Below are positions 53,632-64,000 of a DNA stretch of 64,000 bases, piece after piece. The stretch comes from Eledone cirrhosa (taxonomy: Eukaryota), in assembly GCA_964016885.1 (NCBI GenBank), contig OZ024742.1, forward strand, positions 104,160,001 through 104,224,000, given 5' to 3'. Both the position numbers and the translations under genes were made by a program. Each line of letters opens with the position of its first letter. The stretch's first letter is position 1. The notes below the pieces were generated by a model. That model was not told the origin of the DNA. It was given only the letters and a program-made list of their open reading frames with translations, and searched no databases.

Positions 53632-53684
53632 GATTTCCACAGGACTACAACTGTTTCATTGAAAAGAAATCATCAGAAAAACCC
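53632..53684 (-). ncRNA. Degenerate hammerhead motif (GUG triplet, probably inactive)
   Basis: Homologous to 29550-29599; core CUGAUGA/GAAA retained but H17 = G and helix I is eroded. Confidence 0.6.
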
Positions 53685-54550
53685 TTGCACTTAATTTAGC
53701 CTCCTGCCTTCTACCACTGAGATACTTGAACTTCTCCACCTGCTTTAGTGGAACTCCATTTACACGTAGAGAGCACTGCGCAAGATTCCTTGAGAGGATG
53801 AGTCTCAGTTTTTGCAGCATTGATTTTTCATTCTAGCCATGCAGCACTTGGCATCAAACCTATCAAATGCAAGTTGGAGATCACCTTCTGTTGAGTTAAG
53901 TAATATCATGTCTGCAAATTCCAGCCAACTGATTTTACACCTGCCAGTGGTGACATCACTTCCAACCCTGCTGCATATCTCAATCCTATTCATGAAAATA
54001 ATGAACATAAGAGTTGACAATATGCACTCTTGGCGGAGTTCGATTCTCTCATTGAATGGTTTCGATTTAGCACCACTTATCCGAACACAAATACCCAGGT
54101 ATTCATTTAGAGACAGCAAGGCAACAAGAAGCTGACCATCGATCCCATACTTCTGCAGAACCTTCCACCACAGGTACTGTGTAATGTGGCCTTTTTGAAC
54201 TCCACAAAGCAAGAATACACCTCTTGACAGTAATCCCACAATTTCTCAAAGATCTGCTACAGTGTGAATATTTGGTCGGCTATGCTGTGTCCAGGGTGAA
54301 AGCCACATTGTTCATCAGCTATTTTGGACTCAACAATCTCTCTACATCTCTTTGTCAGACACTTAGCATATACTTTACCAGGGAGACTTAACAAGCAGAT
54401 CTTTCTATAATTGGAACAATCTATCTTGTCTCCCTTTTTGAAAATTTGGATTATCACTCCCGATTGCCATTGCTTCGGTGCCTTTCCAGAGATCCAGGAT
54501 TGCCATTGCTTCGGTGCCTTTCCAGAGATCCAGGCCACACGGACACAGCC
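53685..54550 (-). mobile_element. Decayed RTE-like LINE (second subfamily)
   Basis: WQSGVIIQIFKKGDK.DCSNYR.I.LLSLPGKVYA, EQCGF, LEFADM, EKFKYL; internal 36-bp duplication. Confidence 0.88.
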
Positions 54551-55189
54551 TTTGTTGTCAGTGAGTTTAAAACACAACTAGAGCAACAGTATATTATATT
54601 ACAGTCATCCAGAGTAAATAAAGCTATGAATACTGATGTTGAGGTGACCCAGTGGGAACACTATTATCAGTTGTTCCCTAATCAAATAATAGCTTTAAAT
54701 TTATATGGAGGCGGGGTGGTGGTGGTTTATAGTTTGCTTAACACCCCAAGCTTGCGAGAGTAGAGTAAGAGACATAGTACTACCTCCACCCCCACCCCAC
54801 CCCTGCCTACCCCGCAGATGTGATGGGAAGAGAAACGGAGGAGAGAAAATGAAACAGTAGACACATTTTGAGATCAGAAGGGGGTTGCTATTTTTAGGGA
54901 GGACTTCATGACAGGCAAACAAGACATCACATGGGAGCAGTTTAACTTCCTTGTTTGCTTGAGTATGCATATATATATACACACTGTAGACAAATACAGA
55001 CTCTATATATACTTAATTACAATATATATAACCATGAAGTGTAATAATTACAATATAAAAATCAGGATGGATTCAGTTTGAAACTGGTTAGACCATTACT
55101 CAACAGAGTACTCAATACTTGGGGTAGTAGAGTATGGAAATGGCTGTTGAAACGGCAGGAGCTCGGCCGCTGGGTCCCAAAATTATAAT

Positions 55190-55660
55190 CAAATTACAAA
55201 CTCTATATACATATATATGCTATAGGCAAATACAGACTATATACACACACATATATATATATACACACACACACTATAGACTAATACAGTCTCTATATAC
55301 ATATACTATGGGCAAATACAGACTATACACATATATATACTATAGGCAAATACAGGCTCTATACATATATATACACTCTAGGCAAATACAGACTCTATAC
55401 ATACATATACAGATTCTCTATATACTGAAGTAGAAGTATAAATATTCTTAGTCTTATCTACTAAATATACAGATAGATACTGTGTATACACATATAAAAT
55501 ATAGGCAGGCTGTATACACACACAAATATATATATACTACAGGAAGATACAGACTTTATACACATATATACTATAGATAAAGACTCTATCGCATATACAC
55601 TACAGGCAGATATAAACTGTTTGCATACATATATACTGAAATAGGCAAATACAGACTGTA
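55190..55660. repeat. Degenerate ~30-bp repeat (tataggcaaatacagactatatacac), interrupted further right by an RTE 3' end
   Basis: More than 10 diverged units; the motif resumes at ~56178. Confidence 0.7.
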
Positions 55661-55706
55661 TATCATTGAAATAGATAAATAGATAGAGATTACGAATACA
55701 TATACA

Positions 55707-56178
55707 CATCATCATAGTTTAACATCTATCTTCCACGCTAGCATGGGTTTAGACGGGGTCCCACTTGAGGCAAGTTTGGTCGTCTCGCTCGTATGGGACT
55801 GTCTGGCGGGTTTTCTATGGCTGTATGCCCTTCCTAACACCAACCACGTTTACAGTGTGGACTGGGAGATTTTTACCGTGTTACCTACACGGCGACATTA
55901 CAGCGTGGACTGTGTTTTTTTTTTTGTTGTGACACCTACACGACCTCATTTATTTAAGACTGGATGTTGTGGTACCAACATAACTTTACAGAGAAAGGGG
56001 TGGTGTTGATGAGGGTGGGGGCAGTTGGGGGAGTGGGAGGGGTGTGTATATTTGATTAAGAGGTGCCTACTGACTGTAGGTTTCGCTTTGTACTTAGGCA
56101 AGGCGTATTTTCTGTATTACTGCGTAGCGCCAAAGATCTCGGTCCAGCGACATTGTCTTAGAGAGGTGTAAGTGTGTC
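55707..56178 (-). mobile_element. RTE LINE 3' end
   Basis: THLHLSKTMSLDRDLWRYAVIQK.RLA* plus a 3' UTR like the copies at 12 kb and 48.6 kb. Confidence 0.9.
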
Positions 56179-56956
56179 AAATACAGACTATATACATATA
56201 TTAATGAAAGAGGCAAATATATACGCATACAGTATAGGCAGATACAGACTCTGTGACAGACATTTCTCAACACATTTGCATACATTTTAAATGTCCCTTT
56301 TCCCTGCTAGCAAGGATTGGGTTGGTTGTCACAGACCAAGTCAGTACTCAATTGGGATCACTGATTTCTCATATGAGATGGGGTGGGGCTCACATCTTAC
56401 ATATGTTCTCATATTCTACAGAGTGCACAGGATGCATTTTATCATGGCACTAGCATGAAGGAGACTGTCATGTCTTTGACAACTGAAAAGTCCTCCCTAC
56501 CCTTTGTTTAGTAAGTTTTCTATAGTTGGATGCTCTTCCTATCACCAACCAATTTACAGACAGTGCCTGGTGAGTTTTATTGTGTCACCTAACATATATG
56601 CACAGGTGATGTACAGAACCAAACATATGCATATACAAGAATAAAAAAAAGAGATAACATATACAAAATCAAAGAATATGTGTGTATATGGACAAATATA
56701 TACACACAGTTCTAGCTTCACAAGAAAAATTTAGAGTTTATGCAGCAAGATACCTTAACACAGAAATATATCTTTCATCTCCTATGAATATATATATACA
56801 TGCGTGTGTGCACCAATTTTTAGAATAGATACACTGCATTCTTTCATGTTGCAACAGGTGACCAAAAGGGTGGGCATCAGAAAAAGCATCTGATTGCAAA
56901 ATATTGGCTAAAAAACACATGTCAGCATAGAAAAACAGACGTAAAAACCATGACGA

Positions 56957-57012
<56 letters not shown>

Positions 57013-57035
57013 ATATATACACACACACAGACACA

Positions 57036-57077
<42 letters not shown>

Positions 57078-57240
57078 ATATAATTTATATCTATACATAC
57101 ACACTCACATAATATATATATATACAAACACACAGAGGTATAACTGCACATTCAGAAAAATGCATGTATCCAAAACAAAAATTATCAACACCCTCATCAT
57201 TTATCAGCTGTTTTCCCTCTAGTAAGGACACATACACACT

Positions 57241-57304
<64 letters not shown>

Positions 57305-57511
57305 CGAAAGTTGTTAACTTAAAACGTATTGGGAAAATTTTAAATGTCTCTCTCAATACAAATAACTACAATACTTATGAAAATCATGTTAAAGTACCTC
57401 TCAGAGATTTACTAGGTTTAATTCTCTAAGGTACCTCAGTCCACTTTTCCCTATCACTAGTCATACTTTACCCTTATTTTCTGAACTATTATTTATAGGA
57501 CTCTTGCGTTT

Positions 57512-57583
<72 letters not shown>

Positions 57584-57881
57584 CACATTAACACATGCAG
57601 ACTTCTGTAAAATAAAAGTATTGCTTACTAATTGAAATAGCTGTCCGAAAGTTAGTTATAGCCCTGTTTTGTGACAGTAAGTAGTCAGACATCATAGCAT
57701 CCGTCAGTGAGGAGGGATCAGGGAGGAGACAAGCTCTTAGTGTTACAGCCAGATGACCTAAGTATGTGAATGTATGTGAGTGCGCTCATGTATTATTACA
57801 GCAGACGACCTTCAGTCACATGTGAATATGTATGTTAATCCTGATCAAGCAGACCTATGATCGAACTCAGACAATCTATTG

Positions 57882-58197
57882 TTAAATCTTATTTTAGGTC
57901 GCAAAACAAGTGAAAGTCACTTACCGAAGTCATCTGATTTTTAAAAATATATATATATATATACAGTCATATTTTACATATAATAAATAATGTGTGTGTG
58001 TGTAACATTTTTGTTTACACAGCTAGGTTAAAACTGTGTTTATTAGAAAAGAAAACCCGGTATATATCGAAATATAAATACACAGACATATATAATCATA
58101 AATACACATCATTTATTCATATACATATGTATATAAACAAATCTGATAACTCCAATAAGGTACTATCACTTGTTTTGCGACCTAAAATAAGATTTGA
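57882..58197. repeat. ~58-bp inverted repeat pair
   Basis: aaatcttattttaggtcgcaaaacaagtga (57884) is the reverse complement of tcacttgttttgcgacctaaaataagattt (~58166). Confidence 0.8.
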
Positions 58198-60837
58198 CTC
58201 AATCTATCTAGAACCACATTATCAAATGTCATTTTTTTAAAAAGTGCGATATAAAAAATTTGAGGCTGTTATGTGACCATGTAGATTTTGCAGACAACAT
58301 GCGCATCTGTGTTGCTGCAGCAGATAAAGTATGGGTGGGCATATAAGTCATCATAACCGTAGACATCATTATCACCACCACAACCATTTTACTGTAGACT
58401 TTTTCATGCCGACAGGGATGACTGAAATTCTGTCGCAACAGATGTGTATGTGTGTACGTTTCTGTGTGTGTAGGGTGTGGCGTACACGCCATACTGCAGA
58501 CGAAATGGTTTAAAAATAGCAGTGGCGGGTGGGTGTTATAATTATAAACAACAAATACATAAAAACAGAAAATTGTCCAGAGCGAAGTTATTTCGCTGTA
58601 CAAAAATGTAAACAACAAATTTCGAGTTACTGACACGGGGATGGGCAAATGGGTGAAATAGACAGAAAGAAAGTTAAATAGGAGTATGTATGTATGTAAT
58701 ATATATATATAGTTATACTTGGGGAGAGTCATATTGTTGTAATAATATTGCCAGAAATAATAACAGAACACACTTACTGTTTGGTTGGTTTTCGCTTCTC
58801 TATCTTCTATATAAAAGATACAGAAGCGAAAACCAACCAAACAGTGAATGTGTTCTGTTATTATTTCTGTTATCATATAATGTGTGTGTGTGTAATTTTT
58901 GAAATACTGTAGCCTCGGTCAGATAGTTTGAACATTTACAATGCAGCATTTAAAATTGAATTGGTGTTTTATAAGTCCACCCAGTAGATAAGTTGCACGC
59001 TCGATTTTCACGTCGAGTTTTCGTGGAAAAAGATGCGACTTACAGACGAGTATATACGACAGTTAAACAGAAATATAGATAGAAAAATTGTATAAATAGG
59101 TGGATAGTTGGACAGAGGGTTATAATAATGTGTATAGTCCTCACTGTATATCACTGGATACCATCGGCAGCCGGTAGAAGTGATTATGGTTGTGTAATAA
59201 GGAAGACAGAAACGTCAAAGAGAAAAAGAAAAAAAAATCCGATTCGGAGCGTGTCGCACTTTTCTCTCTCCCCTACCACTATCCTTAAAGTAATGCCACT
59301 TCCTCTTATAAAGGCTTCCTCTTTACACTCCTTCATTCATTCACACGAGATGTACACAAACATATATATATATATACACACATATACACTTATACATAAG
59401 AGAATGGAAACATTTTCAACAAGTTATTGGAATTCCGATCATTGTCACACCAACATCAGCCACCAACACAATCAACATGAAAAAGACAAAAAAAAAAAGG
59501 GGGAGGAATACATTTTTTCCCCTTCCCTTTCAATTTTGTTTTACCTGAAAAGTTAGCGAGGTCCCTGCTGAATGACGGCAGCTACATGAACTTTAAAGAA
59601 ATGATAGAAGTGGGAGAGGGAGACGGGGGAGAAGAGAGAGACAGAGAGTTGAGGAAACATTTCAAGTCCAGATTAGATAACTGAAGAAAGTATTAATAGA
59701 GGGCTATAGACAGGCTACATTATAGGAAGGGCTGGGGTGAAAGAGATAGAGAGAGAAACGGACTAAAATAAATATGAGAAAGAGAGAGGACGAGAGATAG
59801 ACAGAAAGGAAGAAAAACGAGAGGATGGCAGGTGAAGGGAATTAAAAAAAAGATATAAAGTAATGAAGGGAGGGGAAGAATTTATAAGAGTGAGAAAGAA
59901 AAGTAGAAAAGAATAGAACGAGTGTGGGGAAGCGAAGAAGGGGTGTAATGAGAAATAGGAATCAAGAAGTGAGAAGTGAAAAAAAAGAAGAGAGAGAGAG
60001 AGAGAGTAGTGGGGTGGAGTGGAGAGAGTATGAGAAAGAGTAGGGTAGTTGTTGGACTGTTTATAAAAACAACCTGAAACACTTGCTGCTTTCATGTAGG
60101 TGTGTGGAGGCAAAATAATGGGATGAAAGGTGTCGGGTAGGGAGGGGGATGGAGAGCCAGAGATTAAAAGAAAAACAAAATTCACAGGATATCTACTTTT
60201 ATGATAAGTTTATATAAAGAAAGTAAAGAGAAAGGGGAAAAAAGACATTCAATGGACGAAAATAGAGGAGGAAATGAGAGGAAGCAAGAAAAAAAGGAAG
60301 AAGGTGAGAAAGAATGGAGAAGTATGTGTGTGTATGAATAGGGGGGGGGGTCGTTAAATGTGGAAAACTAATTCCATGTGAGTAGGCTCGTACAAAGCTG
60401 GTAATATTCTCAGGCCATATATGAAATGTAGGCCCCTATTTCAAACTGCTCATTAATTATCTTAATAATTGTTTCTACTTTTGCCACATTGCCAGCAATT
60501 TAGAGAAAGAAGAGAAAGTCGGTTACATCGATCCCAATACTTGACTGGTATTTTACTATACCAACACCGGAAGGATAAAAGGCAAATTTGATCATGGCGG
60601 GATTTGAACTCAGAACGTAGAGACGAAAGAAATACCGTAATGACATTTTATCCGATGCTCTAAGCATTATGCCAACACACCATATAATCGGAGCCAAATG
60701 CATGGCAAGTGTGACTTAGGAGTATATATGTGTAATGTACATGATGCATTTACAAATATCAAAACAATAAAAGATCCATAAGGACTTATATTTATATTTT
60801 TTTTAGATGTAATTCATTACCAAAAGGAGGGGCAAAA

Positions 60838-61590
60838 TCTCAAGCATGTGGTTTAATAGATATATGTGTAGTATAAATGTTATTTTTATAATATAGTCTG
60901 AGGAAGAGAGGTAATATATGTTCAAATATAAATATACTTATATTACACATACGCATGAAGAAGAATGGATGTGTGCATACAAACGCGTGGATGAGTATAA
61001 TATATATATACACACACACCACACATATATATATCCCTTTGCTTTTAACAAAAGGAAGTAGGGCCCCTCAAAAACGTAGGTCCATGGCAACTGACCAATC
61101 TCCCAACCCCACGTTCTAGCTTGCTTGTGAGCTAGAGATGAAACATACAGCAGCCGTTGTTAAGATGTTTCTCACTCTCTCTCTCTACAGGCGGCCCATC
61201 TATCTTCGTTACTCTGGTTACTCCTACACAACTGCTGTAAACTCAAACTTACTATCACCAGCATCACCATCACTCAACAGGCATGTCTCCTGCCCGACCA
61301 GCCTGAATGTCTTAAATAAGCCATCGCTCGCTCGTAAGCATACTGTTGTAATTACACCTAGCATCACAAGGGTCAGCTTGCCACCTCACAAATCTTAAAC
61401 AGAAATAACCACCACCGCCGCCGCCACATCAGATTTTTGGCACTTTTGCATTGAAGGGGGGGGGGGGGGGGGATCTCAAGCCTGTGGTTTTAATAGATAT
61501 GTATAGTATAAATGTTATTTTTATAATAAAGTCTGAGGAAGAGGCAATATATGTTCAAATATAAATATACTTATGTTACACATATGTGCG
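60838..61590. repeat. ~115-bp direct duplication (~60838-60955 and ~61474-61590)
   Basis: tctcaagc.tgtggtttaatagatat...gtctgaggaagag...tatgttcaaatataaatatactta occurs twice. Confidence 0.75.
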
Positions 61591-64000
61591 AAGGCGAATG
61601 TATATACACATACATATGCATGAATGTGTAAAATAAATATATACATCTTTATAATTATATACGTATATATTCTTTTACTGGTTTCATCCACTGAATAGTC
61701 ACGATAAAAGACTATCTCAAAGCTTCTAGTCCATCATGTCGATCCCAGTACTTATTTGTCTGGTACCTATTTTATTGAACTGCTGTATTACGGATTTTGG
61801 AAGGATCCAGAAAGGGAATCTACCTGACAAACATTGCCTCAATAAGGGCCCCGCTCTTAAAACAATTGTTGCGTTGCATATATCATTCTACACCTGCTAT
61901 CCACGCATGCAAGTGTATATATTCTTTAGTTTGTTTTAGTGATCATATTTAAGGCCATATTAGAACACCACCTTAAATGTGCGCGGGCACGCGCGTGTGT
62001 GTAGGTGTGCGAGTGAAGGTGCATGTGTGTGTAGCTATGTATATTACTTTAGAGTAACTAGCAGAAAAAACACCCTTCTGGTGGTTTTCTGCTAGCATGT
62101 GTAGTGTGTATATTGATATTATACGCAGGTATATATACATGTAGATATGATACATCAAATAAAATCGTAATTGACAATATATAATACATAGAAATTGAAC
62201 GACTGCGTTACACTGTTATTTAATCAGTAACGTAATCCATGATACATTAAAAAAGACGATATTATATATAAACTGCATTAGGAGAAAATTAGTATGTTTA
62301 TTTAAGCGATGGCAAACCGGAAGTGTTGACACTTCAGAAATTTTAAAGAAGTGAATCTTTAAATAAACAATATATTTAATCAACAGCCACGAAATTTAGT
62401 AGATAAATTATGTAATATTCATTCATTATTTATTCAAAGTAATCCAACTTATTTTACTAATGGGATCAAAAAAATTATAAACCGTACGCAGTCTCGCGCT
62501 TCTGACTTTATTATAGTTTACATTATAACAGCGTACTCTCGGATCCTAAATAAGGGGGGGGGGGGCAAATCGGTACAAAATTAATCGTTTAGTTTACATA
62601 CTGTGATCTTCACAGTGGGATTTCTAGTAATGTACGTTTTTCTCATGTATAATGTTTTTATTGTATAAGGAAAATTGATTGTTGCAGGAATGCTACCACT
62701 TAAAATAAAATTTCGCCGGAGATATCATCATCATCACCGCTTTACGTCCATTCTTCCACATTAGCATGGGTTAGACGATAGATTAACAAAATTTAATAAG
62801 TGTGAGTGTGTGTTTGATTATTCGAGACCCAATAGTAGTTAGTTTTCTCGTCGTTTTATTTTATCATGGATACATATTTAAATTGAGAAGGGGCTGGTCT
62901 GGAACATGGAATGCAAGCCTAACAACTTTAGTTCCTTTAATCAAAATTGTTACAGAAATAACGAATTTTGCCCAATGCTCCACAGGGGCAAAAAGTACTA
63001 CAGAAAAGAAGTGGCCTAATTGAAATCAAGTTACAATTTAGGATGATGCAATGCAGTACTAATATTTATTATTGGTGTAGATTATTGAGTGTGTGAATGA
63101 ATGAAGACCCTAACCCCTAGGAGAAGAGGCTCAGTTAGCACCTAAGTAATCTTTCAAACTAGAAGCAACCAGTAGCAGTAGTAAACTAGGTCAGTATTTA
63201 CTTTAATGATTGATATTCATCACACCTACTCATTTCTTCAGTATAAAGACTATCATAAAATGAAAGAGAAAGCAGATATATGTGTGTGTGTGTGTGGGGG
63301 GGGGGGGGAGGTGTTAGAGTGATGAGACTGTATATTTACATTAATGGATGGGGTGGAATGATCACTACCATAGTTTAAAGTCTGTTTGTTACTATTTGTA
63401 TGGGTTAGATAGGCTGTCACATACTGAGGCCTGAGAGGTGAGGTGACCAAGTCTTGCTCATATAATCTGTTTTGGGCTTGGTTTTCTATAGCTTGATGTC
63501 TTTTCTAATGCCAACCATTTTACACCATGAACTGGGTGCATTTTATTGTGACCCAGTCACTACCACCTTACTTTGCCTTCTGAGGTAGATAAATAACTGT
63601 TTCTACTTTTGGCACAAGGCCACCAATTACCCAGTACATTACTGGTACTTTATTTTATCGACCCCGTAAGGATGAAAGGCAAAGTTAACCTCAGCCGGAT
63701 TTTAACTCAGACCATAAAGGAACGTAACTATGCTGCAAAGCATGGCGTCTGACCCTCGACCGATATTGCCAATCCACCGCCCTTAAATAATGTCTAGAGC
63801 AGTGGACTAGTAGAATTGGTGGAGCGCTGGATGGGATACCTTGCAGTATTTGTTCTGGTTCTTTGTATTCTGAGTTCAAATCATATCAGGACCTACTTTA
63901 ACACTTCCACCAAGTCCTTGGGTGCCTTTAGTGGAGTCCCCTCTATTGGAAACATTCCAATTAGGTCTCCAGGGTAATAATTGTTTCTACTTTTGGCACA

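Noticed and set aside
58229-58876. 215-aa minus-strand ORF
   Set aside because: Low-complexity, no motif and no coherent splice sites.

Overview
This is AT-rich, repeat-dense animal genomic DNA, not prokaryotic. The SINE, RTE and Penelope repeat content suggests an octopus-like cephalopod, which is an inference. There is a 200-N gap at 2967-3166. Two intron-rich genes converge. On +, the last 7 coding exons of a kinesin-9 (KIF9-like) gene run 5998-18308. On -, the last 9-10 coding exons of a tensin gene (SH2+PTB) run from 46177/42965 down to the stop at 26861. Both exon chains were assembled by hand with GT-AG sites and consistent phases. Introns and the intergenic region hold RTE, CR1, R4-like and L1/Tx1-like LINE relics, a full-length frameshifted mariner, TTAA- and TA-flanked MITEs, many SINEs and microsatellites. 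Nearly all ORFs in the supplied track are TE fragments or microsatellite artefacts. The most notable unannotated signal is a set of about 8 type I hammerhead ribozyme motifs from at least 4 sequence families, mostly in Penelope-like elements beside (TA)n tracts. Several have intact cores and lie on the tensin (-) strand, including one in its last intron.
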